Below, piece after piece: positions 22,445 to 39,063 of a DNA stretch of 64,000 bases. The notes under the pieces are model-generated. The model made no database searches and was not told where the DNA came from. It was given only the letters and a program-made list of their open reading frames with translations. Each line of letters opens with the position of its first letter. Within the stretch, counting starts at the first letter, position 1. A program made the translations under genes and the position numbers. Origin of the DNA: the human T2T-CHM13v2.0 reference genome, Homo sapiens; assembly GCF_009914755.1 (NCBI RefSeq), contig NC_060943.1, one strand, 5' to 3'.

Positions 22445-22575
22445 CCCTCCAGGGGGCGCCATGGAACGCAGGGCCCTCACTGGCCCTGGGGACTGGGTGA
22501 CGACAGGGGGGAGCCTCTGGTGATTGGCTCCCTCACCCTGCGTAAGATCAAAGGGACTAAAGGACAGCCCTGACA
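22445..22575 (+). promoter_or_regulatory. snaR upstream module, repeated in every unit: CTCF-like motif, CRE-like site, inverted CCAAT
   Basis: CCCTCCAGGGGGCGCC (22445-22460), TGACGACA (22498-22505; TGACGTCA in C units), ATTGG (22523-22527), TGCGTAA. Locally CpG-rich. Confidence 0.6.
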
Positions 22576-22698
22576 CCCGGAGCCATTGTGGCTCAGGCCG
22601 GTTGCGCCTGCCCTCGGGCCCTCACGGAGGCGGGGGTTCCAGGGCACGAGTTCGAGGCCAGCCTGGTCCACATGGGTCGGAAAAAAGGACTTTTTTTT
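22576..22698 (+). ncRNA. SNAR-A: snaR-A type small NF90-associated RNA gene (Pol III), copy 1
   Basis: CCCGGAGCCATTGTGGCTCAGGCCGGTTGCGCCTGCCCTCGGGCCCTCACGGAGGCGGGGGTTCCAGGGCACGAGTTCGAGGCCAGCCTGGTCCACATGGGTCGGAAAAAAGGACTTTTTTTT matches the snaR-A sequence as I recall it. A box 22589-22601, B box GTTCGAGGC 22650-22658, T8 terminator. Paralog number not assigned. Confidence 0.95.
22691..22698 (+). terminator. Pol III oligo-dT terminator (T7-T8 in all eight genes)
   Basis: The T-run directly follows the A-rich 3' end of every snaR copy. Confidence 0.9.
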
Positions 22699-22727
22699 AT
22701 CGTTCCCAATATAACGACAAAACATAA

Positions 22728-22972
<245 letters not shown>

Positions 22973-23614
22973 TGACCAGGCTGGTCTTGAACACCTGGCC
23001 TCAAATGATCCACTCGCCTTGGTCTCCCAAAGTGGTAGGATGACAGGCGTGAGCCACCGCGCCCAGCCTCTTCTATTCTTTTAGAGACAGCGTCTCACTC
23101 TGTTGCCCAGGCTGGAGTGCATTGATGTGATGTGTGATCATAGCTCATTGCAGCCCTGACCATCCGAGCTCAAGCAATCCTTCTGCCTCAGCCTCCTGAG
23201 TAGCTGGGGCCGCAGACGTGCACCACTGCACCTGGCTAATTTTTAACATTTTTTGTGGAGCCAGAGTCTGTATAAAATAAAGTGTAAATAGTACCATAAA
23301 TAAAGAATACATAGTACCATTTTATAGTAGTATAAAACGGACATTAGAAACTCTGGACTTAAAGTTTGAAAAAATACACAAAAGTAGTTCTCAAGTTCTA
23401 GATACTTGGAGAATCCAGGAATCAACAATGTCGTGGAACTCCTACAGCCTTTCATAAAGAATGGCCCTCGAGGAAAGTGGAATTGTCAGTGGGCATTGTG
23501 TTCGTGCCTCAGCTAAACACGGCAGGAATTTATTTATAACCTAGTGTAACATCCTCGAGGCACTGTTCAATTAGTCAAGCAATTGTAAAATTCTCCCAGT
23601 CTTAGAAAAGATAC

Positions 23615-24089
<475 letters not shown>

Positions 24090-24939
24090 GCTTCACACCT
24101 AGAGAAGAGAGTGAAAGAGAAGGGAGAGCCGTCCTTTTGGGCTGCCTTGAAATAAAGGTTGACCCATGGGTTCATGTATTGTCATTCATTCTCATTTTCT
24201 CTTCCTCTCTTTCTCTCTCTCCCCTGCCCCTTAAGTTAGCTTTTCTACACCCTACCTGGATAAGGATAAGAAATAGAAGGAGGGGACACTTTAGGATGCT
24301 ACAAAATAAAATACAACAACAACAACAATAACAGCAGCAGCAACAACAACAACAGCAACAAAAGGGGAAGAAACAAATCTGGCCACTGCACATTCCTCCT
24401 TGGCAACAAAAAGCCGTGGATGCAAAAAGCTGCCCTTCACTGCATAGACAGAACAGGGCGCGCTCGAGGTATGAATCTCGGAAATTACTCAAGCCATCAG
24501 CCTCTGCAAGAAGCAAAGTGGACGGCCGGGCGCGGCGGCTCACTCCTGGAATCCCAGCACTTTGGGAGCCCGAGGTGGGCGGATCACGAGGTCAGGAGAT
24601 CGAGACTGTTCTGGCTAAACCAGTGAAACCCCCTCTCTACTAAAAAAATAACAAAAGCGAAGTGCATCTCCCATAAACGAGGTACTGCAGGAAGAAAGCA
24701 GAAAATGAGACCCGAGTACACACATGCACGCGGGCGTGCGCACACACACACCAGAAGAAATGAACCAAGAGGAAAGGAAATATTTTCAAGTAAGCATTTG
24801 GAGATGGGAAAAACACCTTGAAACAGAAATTCATAAAGTACACACATGTTTTTTTTTTTAAGTTAAAAGAGGAACAATAATAAACAGGCAGAAAATGAAT
24901 AAAAAATAAAATGTCATATCAGAAGTGAAGATAAATTAA

Positions 24940-25152
<213 letters not shown>

Positions 25153-26693
25153 TAGAGTCATCATGGAAATTAAACAACCTGCTTCCAAATGACTTTTGGG
25201 TAAAGACTGAAATTAAGGCAGAAATAAAAAAATTATTTGAAACTAATGAAAACAAACATACAACATCCCAGAATCTCTGGGACACAGCTACAACAGTGCT
25301 CAGAGGAAGTTTCTAGTGCTATATGGCTACATTAAGAAGCTAGAAAGATCTCAAATGAACCGCCTAACATCACACCTAGAGGAATTAGAAAAACAAGAGC
25401 AAATCAACCCCAAAGCTAGCAGAAGAAAAAAAAAAAACAAAATCAGAGCTGAGCTGAATGAAATTGAGATGTAAAATACCATACAAAAGATCAATGAAAC
25501 CCAAAGTTGATTTTTTAAAAAAATTATTTATTTATTATTTATTCCATAAATTATTGGGGTACAGGTGGTATGTGGTTACATAAGCTCTTTAGTGGTGATT
25601 TGTGATTTTGGTGCACCCATCACCTGAGCAGTATACACTACCCCCTATTTGTTGTCTTTTATCCCTCGCCCTCGCCAACTCGTCCCCCTAAGTCCCCAAA
25701 GTCCATTGTATCATTCTTATGCCTTTGTGTCCTCATAGCTTAGGTCCCACATATCAGTGAGAACATACGATGTTTGGTTTTCCATTCCTGAGTTACTTCA
25801 CTTAGAATAATACTCTCCGGTCTCATCCAGGTCACTGCAAATGCTGTTAATTCATACAAAGTTGATATTTTTGGAAGCATAAATAACATGGAAAGACCAC
25901 TAGCTAGATTAATAAAGAAAAAAAGACAAGATCCAAATAAACACAATCAGAAATGACAGAGGTGACATTACCACTGACCCACAGACATACAAGAAACCCT
26001 GAGACTATTCCACATGCCTCTATGCACAAAAACTAGAAAACTAGAAGAAATAGATAAATTCCTGGAAACATAAAACCTCTCAAGATTGAACCAGGAAGAA
26101 ATGGAAACCCTGAACAAACCAACGATGAGTTCCAAAATTGAGTTAGTCATACAAGACCTACCAACCAGCGCAAAAAACCTTAGACTAGACGGATTCACAG
26201 TCGAATTCTACCAGATGTGTAAAGAAAAGCCGGCACCAATCCTACTGAAATTATTCCACACAATTGAGGAGGAGCAACTGCTCTCTAACTCATTCTATGA
26301 GGTCAGAGTCATTCTGATACCGAAACCTGGCAGAGACACAACGAAAAAAGGAAAATAGGTAAAGTAATACATATGTTAATGATCTTGATTTAGCCATTCT
26401 ACGGTATATACATATTTCAAAACAATATGTACATGATAAATATGTACAATTTGTCAATTAAAAATATATAAAAGGAAGAGGAAAAAATTCAAATGGCGTA
26501 GAATTTGAAAGGAGAAGATACAGAACAAACTCCAGTGTCTTATTATTCAACTATATATACACACGTTCAATGGACCGGGAGCAGTGGCTCAAGCCTGTAA
26601 TCACAGCACTTTGGGAGGTCAAGGCGGGCAGATCACCTGAGGTCGGGAGTTCGAGACCAGCCTGACCAACAGAGAGAAACCCCAGCTCTACTA

Positions 26694-26846
<153 letters not shown>

Positions 26847-27949
26847 TCAGTCTCAAAAAAAAAAAAAAAAAAAAGAAAAAGGATTTAATGAATGAATGAT
26901 GAGACCGTTGGTGACATCTCCCACCTTCTCCCTCTCACTCCACTGCAGCCACACGGGGCTCCTCACTGTTCCCGTAGCAGCAGGCATGTGCCCCCACAGG
27001 GCCTCTGTACTGGCTGTTCCCACTGCCCGAACACCCTCATGCACCATCTGCACTGTCCAATACGGCCGCCTCTGGCCACACATGGCTACTGAGCAGTTGA
27101 ACATGGCTGGTCCAAACCAAGATTTCCAAGACGTCGTGTGGTAAAAAAAACAACATAAAATTTTGCAAAAATGTTTCTATTGATTATGTTAAAATTATGA
27201 TGTTTTAGGTATATTAGGTTAAATCAGCTATTTTATCAAAATGAATCTCGCCTGTTTGTTTTTGCTTTTTTTTTTTTTTTTTGAGATGGAGTCTCGCTCT
27301 GTCGCCCAGGCTAGAGTACAATGGCGTGGTCTCAGCTCACTGCATCACTGCAACCTCTACCTCCCAGGTTCAAGCGATTCTCCTACCTCACCCTCCCAAG
27401 TGGCTGGGATTACAGGCGTGTGCCACCACACCCAGCTAATTTTTGTATTTTTGTAGAGACAGGGTTTCACCATGTTGGCCAGGCTGGTCTCGAACTGCTG
27501 ACCTCGTGATCTACCTGCCTCGGCCTCCCAAAGTCCTGGGATTACAGGTGTGGGCCACTGCGCCGGCCATGTTTCTCGACTTCTGCTGGCAAGCATGTTC
27601 CAGTATTTGCATGGCTCCTAGCCCTCATCTCCATTTCTCTGCACAGATGTTATCTTCCCCATGAGGTCTGCCTTATACATGAGGCCTGTATTATAAAGTG
27701 CAACTGCCAATTCGCCAACCCCGTTGTTTCTTCTCTCCAGAACACTAGGCACCATCTGATCTCCTATGCCTTTTCCTTATTGTCAGATACTGAACTCTCA
27801 GATACAGTTCCCCTTCCTCCCTCCAGGGGGCGCCATGGAACGCAGGGCCCTCACTGGCCCTGGGGACTGGGTGACGTCAGGGGTGAGCCTCTGGTGATTG
27901 GCTCCCTCACCCTGCGTAAGATCAAAGGGACTAAAGGACAGCCCCGACA

Positions 27950-28069
27950 CCCGGAGCCATTGTGGCTCCGGCCGGTTGCGCGGGCCCTCGGACCCTCGGA
28001 GAGGCGAGGGTTCGAGGGCACGAGTTCGAGGCCAACCTGGTCCACATGGGTTGAAAAAAAAATTTTTTT
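27950..28069 (+). ncRNA. SNAR-C: snaR-C type RNA gene, copy 2
   Basis: Same architecture with C-type differences (GGCTCCGG, GCGCGGGCCCTCGGACCCTC, GGGTTCGAGGGC, CCAACCTGG, GGGTTG-A9-T7). Confidence 0.9.
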
Positions 28070-28138
28070 ATCGTTCCCAATATAACAACAAAACATAAAG
28101 GGAGGACGCCTTGATAGGAAGAAATGACATCTTCCTAA

Positions 28139-28342
<204 letters not shown>

Positions 28343-29063
28343 TGACCAGGCTGGTCTTGAACACCTGGCCTCAAATGATCCACTCGCCTTGGTCTCCCAA
28401 AGTGGTAGGATGACAGGCGTGAGCCACCGCGCCCAGCCTCTTCTATTCTTTTAGAGACAGCGTCTCACTCTGTTGCCCAGGCTGGAGTGCATTGATGTGA
28501 TGTGTGATCATAGCTCATTGCAGCCCTGACCATCCGAGCTCAAGCAATCCTTCTGCCTCAGCCTCCTGAGTAGCTGGGGCCGCAGATGTGCACCACTGCA
28601 CCTGGCTAATTTTTAACATTTTTTGTGGAGCCAGAGTCTGTATAAAATAAAGTGTAAATAGTACCATAAATAAAGAATACATAGTACCATTTTATAGTAG
28701 TATAAAACGGACATTAGAAACTCTGGACTTAAAGTTTAAAAAAATACACAAAAGTAGTTCTCAAGTTCTAGAGACTTGGAGAATCCAGGAATCAACAATG
28801 TCGTGGAACTCCTACAGCCTTTCATAAAGAATGGCCCTCGAGGAAAGTGGAATTGTCAGTGGGCATTGTGTTCGTGCCTCAGCTAAACACGGCAGGAATT
28901 TATTTATAACCTAGTGTAACATCCTCGAGGCACTGTTCAATTAGTCAAGCAATTGTAAAATTCTCCCAGTCTTAGAAAAGATACAGGTGTGTGTCCCTCT
29001 GCTGTGGCTGTGCACTGACGCTTCAGTAAAAGTTGCCGTCTAAAACCACCGGCCTGCCCTTGA

Positions 29064-29210
<147 letters not shown>

Positions 29211-30300
29211 TGAACAGCTGGGATTACAGGCACCCGTCCCCATGCCCGGGTAATTTTTGTATATTTAGTAGAGATGGGGTTTCACCATGTTGGCCAGGCT
29301 GGTCTCGAACTCCTTACCTCAAGTGATCCATCCGCCTCAGCCTCCCAAAGTGCTGGGATTACAGGCGTGAGCCAGTGCGCCCGGCTTCTTGAATTAGTTT
29401 CTAGGAGAAGCCAAGAACCCCCCCGGGCTAAGCCTCAATTTTGGGGCTCGCCTGTGCTGCATCAGCTTCACACCTAGAGAAGAGAGTGAAAGAGAAGGGA
29501 GAGCCGTCCTTTTGGGCTGCCTTGAAATAAAGGTTGACCCATGGGTTCATGTATTGTCATTCATTCTCATTTTCTCTTCCTCTCTTTCTCTCTCTCCCCT
29601 GCCCCTTAAGTTAGCTTTTCTAAACCCTACCTGGATAAGGATAAGAAATAGAAGGAGGGGACACTTTAGGATGCTACAAAATAAAATACAACAACAACAA
29701 CAATAACAGCAGCAGCAACAACAACAACAGCAACAAAAGGGGAAGAAACAAATCTGGCCACTGCACATTCCTCCTTGCCAACAAAAAGCCGCGGATGCAA
29801 AAAGCTGCCCTTCACTGCATAGACAGAAGAGGGCGCGCTCGAGCTATGAATCTCGGAAATTACTCAAACCATCAGCCTCTGCAAGAAGCAAAGTGGACGG
29901 CCGGGCGCGGTGGCTCACTCCTGGAATCCCAGCACTTTGGGAGCCCGAGGTGGGCGGATCACGAGGTCAGGAGATCGAGACTGTTCTGGCTAAACCAGTG
30001 AAACCCCCTCTCTACTAAAAAAATAACAAAAGCGAAGTGCATCTCCCATAAACGGGGTACTGCAGGAAGAAAGCAGAAAATGAGACCCGAGTACACACAT
30101 GCACGCGGGCGCGCGCACACACACACCAGAAGAAATGAACCAAGAGGAAAGGAAACATTTTCAAATAAGCATTTGGAGATGGGAAAAACACCTTGAAACA
30201 GAAATTCATAAAGCACAGAATTTTTTTTTAAGTTAAAAAAGGAACAATAATAGACAGAAAATGAACGAAAAATTAAATGTCATATCAGAAGTGAAGATAA

Positions 30301-30522
<222 letters not shown>

Positions 30523-31924
30523 TAGAGTCATCATGGAAATTAAACAACCTGCTTCCAAATGACTTTTGGGTAAAGACTGAATTTAAGGCAGAAATAAAAA
30601 AATTATTTGAAACTAATGAAAACAAACATACAACATCCCAGAATCTCTGGGACACAGCTAGAACAGTGCTCAAAGGAAGTTTCTAGTGCTATATGGCTAC
30701 ACTAAGAAGCTAGAAAGATCTCAAATGAACCGCCTAACATCACACCTAGAGGAATTAGAAAAACAAGAGCAAATCAACCCGAAAGCTAGCAGAAAAAAAA
30801 AAAAAACCAACATCGGAGCTGACCTGAATGAAATGGAGACGTAAAAAACCATACAAAAGATCAATGAAACCCAAAGTTGATTTTTTAAAAAAATTATTTA
30901 TTTATTATTTATTCCATAAATTATTGGGGTACAGGTGGTGTGTGGTTACATAAGCTCTTTAGTGGTGATTTGTGATTTTGGTGCACCCATCACCTGAGCA
31001 GTATACACTACACCCTACTTGTTGTATTTTATCCCTCGCCCCCGCCAACTCGTCCCCCTAAGTCCCCACAGTCCATTGTATCATTCTTACGCCTTTGCGT
31101 CCTCATAGCTTAGCTCCCACATATCAGTGAGAACATACGATGTTTGGTTTTCCATTCCTGAGTTACTTCACTTAGAATAACAGTCTCCGGTCTCATCCAG
31201 GTCACGGCAAATGCTGTTAATTCATACAAAGTTGATATTTTTGAAAGCATAAATAACATGGGAAGACCACTAGCTAGATTAATAAAGAAAAAAAGACAAG
31301 ATCCAAATAAACACAATCAGAAATGACAAAGGTGACATTACCACTGACCCACAGATATACAAGAAACCCTGAGACTATTCCACATGCCTCTATGCACACA
31401 AACTAGAAAACTAGAAGAAATAGAGAAATTCCTGGAAACATAAAACCTCTCAAGATTGAACCAGGAAGAAATGGAAACCCTGAACAAACCAACGATGAGT
31501 TCCAAAATTGAGTTAGTCATACAAAACCTACCAACCAGCACAAAAAACCTTAGACTAGACGGATTCACAGTCGAATCCTACCAGATGTGTAAAGAAAAGG
31601 CGGCACCAATCCTACTGAAATTATTCCACACAATTGAGGAGGAGCAACTGCTCTCTAACTCATTCTATGAGGTCAGAGTCATTCTGATACCGAAACCTGG
31701 CAGAGACACAACGAAAAAAGGAAAATAGGTAAAGTAATACATATGTTAATGATCTTGATTTAGCCATTCTACGGTATATACATATTTCAAAACAATATGT
31801 ACATGATAAATATGTACAATTTGTCAATTAAAAATATATAAAAGGAATAGGAAAAAATTCAAATGGCACAGAATTTGAAAGGAGAAGATACAGAACAAAC
31901 TCCGGTGTCTTCTTTATTCAACTA

Positions 31925-32245
<321 letters not shown>

Positions 32246-33316
32246 TTAATGAATGAATGATGAGACTGTTGGTTACATCTCCCACCTTCTCCCTCTCACT
32301 CCACTGCAGCCACACGGGGCTCCTCACTGTTCCCGTAGCAGCAGGCATGTGCCCCCACTGGGCCTCTGTACTGGCTGTTCCCACTGCCCGAACACCCTCA
32401 TGCACCATCTGCACTGTCCAATACGGCCGCCTCTGGCCACACATGGCTACTGAGCAGTTGAACATGGCTGGTCCAAACCAACATTTCCAAGACGTCGTAT
32501 GGTAAAAAATAACATAAAATCTTGCAAAAATGTTTCTATTGATTATGTTAAAATTATGATGTTTTAGGTATATTAGGTTAAATCAGCTATTTTATCCAAA
32601 TGAATCTCGCCTGTTTGTTTTTGCTTTTTTTTTTTTTTTTTTTTTTTTGAGATGGAGGCTCGCTCTGTCGCCCAGGCTAGAGTACAATGGCGTGGTCTCG
32701 GCTCACTGCATCACTGCAACCTCTACCTCCCAGGTTCAAGCGATTCTCCTACCTCACCCTCCCAAGTGGCTGGGATTACAGGCGTGTGCCACCACACCCA
32801 GCTAATTTTTGTATTTTTAGTAGAGACAGGGTTTCACCATGTTGGCCAGGCTGGTCTCGAACTGCTGACCTCGTGATCTACCTGCCTCGGCCTCCCAAAG
32901 TCCTGGGATTACAGGTGTGGGCCACTGCGCCGGCCATGTTTCTCGACTTCTGCTGGCAAGCATGTTCCAGTATTTGCATGGCTCCTAGCCCTCATCTCCA
33001 TTTCTCTGCACAGATGTTACCTTCCCCATGAGGTCTGCCTTATACATGAGGCCTGTATTATAAACTGCAACTCCGCATTCCCCAACCCCGTTGTTTCTTC
33101 TCTCCAGAACACTAGGCACCATCTGATCTCCTATGCCTTTTCCTTATTGTCAGATACTGAACTCTCAGATACAGTTCCCCTTCCTCCCTCCAGGGGGCGC
33201 CATGGAACGCAGGGCCCTCACTGGCCCTGGGGACTGGGTGACGACAGGGGGGAGCCTCTGGTGATTGGCTCCCTCACCCTGCGTAAGATCAAAGGGACTA
33301 AAGGACAGCCCCGACA

Positions 33317-33439
33317 CCCGGAGCCATTGTGGCTCAGGCCGGTTGCGCCTGCCCTCGGGCCCTCACGGAGGCGGGGGTTCCAGGGCACGAGTTCGAGGCC
33401 AGCCTGGTCCACATGGGTCGGAAAAAAGGACTTTTTTTT
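33317..33439 (+). ncRNA. SNAR-A: snaR-A type RNA gene, copy 3
   Basis: Transcribed body identical to copy 1. Confidence 0.95.
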
Positions 33440-33518
33440 ATCGTTCCCAATATAACGACAAAACATAAAGGGAGGACGCCTTGATAGGAAGAAATGACAT
33501 CTTCCTAAGTGTTTTTAA

Positions 33519-33710
<192 letters not shown>

Positions 33711-34410
33711 TGACCAGGCTGGTCTTGAACACCTGGCCTCAAATGATCCACTCGCCTTGGTCTCCGAAAGTGGTAGGATGACAGGCGTGAGCCACCGCGC
33801 CCAGCCTCTTCTATTCTTTTAGAGACAGGGTCTCACTGTGTTGCCCAGGCTGGAGTGCATTGATGTGATGTGTGATCATAGCTCATTGCAGCCCTGACCA
33901 TCCGAGCTCAAGCAATCCTTCTGCCTCAGCCTCCTGAGTAGCTGGGGCCGCAGATGTGCACCACTGCACCTGGCTAATTTTTAACATTTTTGTGGAGCCA
34001 GAGTCTGTATAAAATAAAGTGTAAATAGTACCATAAATAAAGAATACATAGTACCATTTTATAGTAGTATAAAACGGACATTAGAAACTCTGAACTTAAA
34101 GGTTAAAAAAATACACAAAAGTAGTTCTCAAGTTCTAGAGACTTGGAGAATCCAGGAATCAACAATGTCGTGGAACTCCTACAGCCTTTCATAAAGAATG
34201 GCCCTCGAGGAAAGTGGAATTGTCAGTGGGCATTGTGTTCGTGCCTCAGCTAAACACGGCAGGAATTTATTTATAACCTAGTGTAACATCCTCGAGGCAC
34301 TGTTCAATTAGTCAAGCAATTGTAAAATTCTCCCAGTCTTAGAAAAGATACAGGTGTGTGTCCCTCTGCTGTGGCTGTGCACTGAGGCTTCGGTAAAGGT
34401 TGCCGTCTAA

Positions 34411-34563
<153 letters not shown>

Positions 34564-35654
34564 TGAACAGCTGGGATTACAGGCACCCGTCCCCATGCCC
34601 GGGTAATTTTTGTATATTTAGTAGAGATGGGGTTTTCAGCATGTTGGCCAGGCTGGTCTCGAACTCCTTACCTCAAGTGATCCATCCGCCTCAGCCTCCC
34701 AAAGTGCTGGGATTACAGGCGTGAGCCACTGCGCCCGGCTTCTTGAATTAGTTTCTAGGAGAAGCCAAGAACCCCCCCGGGCTAAGCCTCAATTTTGGGG
34801 CTCGCCTGTGCTGCATCAGCTTCACACCTAGAGAAGAGAGTGAAAGAGAAGGGAGAGCCGTCCTTTTGGGCTGCCTTGAAATAAAGGTTGACCCATGGGT
34901 TCATGTATTGTCATTCATTCTCATTTTCTCTTCCTCTCTTTCTCTCTCTCCCCTGCCCCTTAAGTTAGCTTTTCTAAACCCTACCTGGATAAGGATAAGA
35001 AATAGAAGGAGGGGACACTTTAGGATGCTACAAAATAAAATACAACAACAACAACAATAAAAGCAGCAGCAACAACAACAACAGCAACAAAAGGGGAAGA
35101 AACAAATCTGGCCACTGCACATTCCTCCTTGGCAACAAAAAGCCGCGGATGCAAAAAGCTGCCCTTCACTGCATGGACAGAAGAGGGCGCGCTCGAGCTA
35201 TGAATCTCGGAAATTACTCAAACCATCAGCCTCTGCAAGAAGCAAAGTGGACGGCCGGGCGCGGTGGCTCACTCCTGGAATCCCAGCACTTTGGGAGCCC
35301 GAGGTGGGCGGATCACGAGGTCAGGAGATCGAGACTGTTCTGGCTAAACCAGTGAAACCCCCTCTCTACTAAAAAAATAACAAAAGCGAAGTGCATCTCC
35401 CATAAACGAGGTACTGCAGGAAGAAAGCAGAAAATGAGACCCGAGTACACACATGCACGCGGGCGCGCGCACACACACACCAGAAGAAATGAACCAAGAG
35501 GAAAGGAAACATTTTCAAATAAGCATTTGGAGATGGGAAAAACACCTTGAAACAGAAATTCATAAAGCACAGAATTTTTTTTTAAGTTAAAAAAGGAACA
35601 ATAATAGACAGAAAATGAATGAAAAATTAAATGTCATATCAGAAGTGAAGATAA

Positions 35655-35873
<219 letters not shown>

Positions 35874-37275
35874 TAGAGTCATCATGGAAATTAAACAACC
35901 TGCTTCCAAATGACTTTTGGGTAAAGACTGAATTTAAGGCAGAAATAAAAAAATTATTTGAAACTAATGAAAACAAACATACAACATCCCAGAATCTCTG
36001 GGACACAGCTAGAACAGTGCTCAAAGGAAGTTTCTAGTGCTATATGGCTACACTAAGAAGCTAGAAAGATATCAAATGAACCGCCTAACATCACACCTAG
36101 AGGAATTAGAAAAACAAGAGCAAATCAACCCCAAAGCTAGCAGAAGAAAAAAAAAAACCAACATCGGAGCTGACCTGAATGAAATGGAGACGTAAAAAAC
36201 CATACAAAAGATCAATGAAACCCAAAGTTGATTTTTTAAAAAAATTATTTATTTATTATTTATTCCATAAATTATTGGGGTACAGGTGGTGTGTGGTTAC
36301 ATAAGCTCTTTAGTGGTGATTTGTGATTTTGGTGCACCCATCACCTGAGCAGTATACACTACACCCTACTTGTTGTATTTTATCCCTCGCCCCCGCCAAC
36401 TCGTCCCCCTAAGTCCCCAAAGTCCATTGTATCATTCTTACGCCTTTGCGTCCTCATAGCTTAGCTCCCACATATCAGTGAGAACATACGATGTTTGGTT
36501 TTCCATTCCTGAGTTACTTCACTTAGAATAACAGTCTCCGGTCTCATCCAGGTCACGGCAAATGCTGTTAATTCATACAAAGTTGATATTTTTGAAAGCA
36601 TAAATAACATGGGAAGACCACTAGCTAGATTAATAAAGAAAAAAAGACAAGATCCAAATAAACACAATCAGAAATGACAAAGGTGACATTACCACTGACC
36701 CACAGATATACAAGAAACCCTGAGACTATTCCACATGCCTCTATGCACACAAACTAGAAAACTAGAAGAAATAGAGAAATTCCTGGAAACATAAAACCTC
36801 TCAAGATTGAACCAGGAAGAAATGGAAACCCTGAACAAACCAACGATGAGTTCCAAAATTGAGTTAGTCATACAAAACCTACCAACCAGCACAAAAAACC
36901 TTAGACTAGACGGATTCACAGTCGAATCCTACCAGATGTGTAAAGAAAAGGCGGCACCAATCCTACTGAAATTATTCCACACAATTGAGGAGGAGCAACT
37001 GCTCTCTAACTCATTCTATGAGGTCAGAGTCATTCTGATACCGAAACCTGGCAGAGACACAACGAAAAAAGGAAAATAGGTAAAGTAATACATATGTTAA
37101 TGATCTTGATTTAGCCATTCTACGGTATATACATATTTCAAAACAATATGTACATGATAAATATGTACAATTTGTCAATTAAAAATATATAAAAGGAATA
37201 GGAAAAAATTCAAATGGCACAGAATTTGAAAGGAGAAGATACAGAACAAACTCCGGTGTCTTCTTTATTCAACTA

Positions 37276-37596
<321 letters not shown>

Positions 37597-38668
37597 TTAA
37601 TGAATGAATGATGAGACTGTTGGTTACATCTCCCACCTTCTCCCTCTCACTCCACTGCAGCCACACGGGGCTCCTCACTGTTCCCGTAGCAGCAGGCATG
37701 TGCCCCCACTGGGCCTCTGTACTGGCTGTTCCCACTGCCCGAACACCCTCATGCACCATCTGCACTGTCCAATACGGCCGCCTCTGGCCACACATGGCTA
37801 CTGAGCAGTTGAACATGGCTGGTCCAAACCAACATTTCCAAGACGTCGTATGGTAAAAAATAACATAAAATCTTGCAAAAATGTTTCTATTGATTATGTT
37901 AAAATTATGATGTTTTAGGTATATTAGGTTAAATCAGCTATTTTATCCAAATGAATCTCGCCTGTTTGTTTTTGCTTTTTTTTTTTTTTTTTTTTTTTTT
38001 GAGATGGAGGCTCGCTCTGTCGCCCAGGCTAGAGTACAATGGCGTGGTCTCGGCTCACTGCATCACTGCAACCTCTACCTCCCAGGTTCAAGCGATTCTC
38101 CTACCTCACCCTCCCAAGTGGCTGGGATTACAGGCATGTGCCACCACACCCAGCTAATTTTTGTATTTTTAGTAGAGACAGGGTTTCACCATGTTGGCCA
38201 GGCTGGTCTCGAACTGCTGACCTCGTGATCTACCTGCCTCGGCCTCCCAAAGTCCTGGGATTACAGGTGTGGGCCACTGCGCCGGCCATGTTTCTCGACT
38301 TCTGCTGGCAAGCATGTTCCAGTATTTGCATGGCTCCTAGCCCTCATCTCCATTTCTCTGCACAGATGTTACCTTCCCCATGAGGTCTGCCTTATACATG
38401 AGGCCTGTATTATAAACTGCAACTCCGCATTCCCCAACCCCGTTGTTTCTTCTCTCCAGAACACTAGGCACCATCTGATCTCCTATGCCTTTTCCTTATT
38501 GTCAGATACTGAACTCTCAGATACAGTTCCCCTTCCTCCCTCCAGGGGGCGCCATGGAACGCAGGGCCCTCACTGGCCCTGGGGACTGGGTGACGACAGG
38601 GGGGAGCCTCTGGTGATTGGCTCCCTCACCCTGCGTAAGATCAAAGGGACTAAAGGACAGCCCCGACA

Positions 38669-38791
38669 CCCGGAGCCATTGTGGCTCAGGCCGGTTGCGC
38701 CTGCCCTCGGGCCCTCACGGAGGCGGGGTTTCCAGGGCACGAGTTCGAGGCCAGCCTGGTCCACATGGGTCGGAAAAAAGGACTTTTTTTT
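38669..38791 (+). ncRNA. SNAR-A: snaR-A type RNA gene, copy 4 (G>T variant at 38729)
   Basis: A-type body with GCGGGGTTTCC instead of GCGGGGGTTCC. Confidence 0.95.
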
Positions 38792-38820
38792 ATCGTTCCC
38801 AATATAACGACAAAACATAA

Positions 38821-39063
<243 letters not shown>

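Noticed and set aside
27780-28098. ~100-aa ORFs overlapping snaR on both strands
   Set aside because: By-product of high GC content. No true ATG at the listed start, disrupted in unit 1, and the A/B boxes and T-run explain the region as a Pol III gene.
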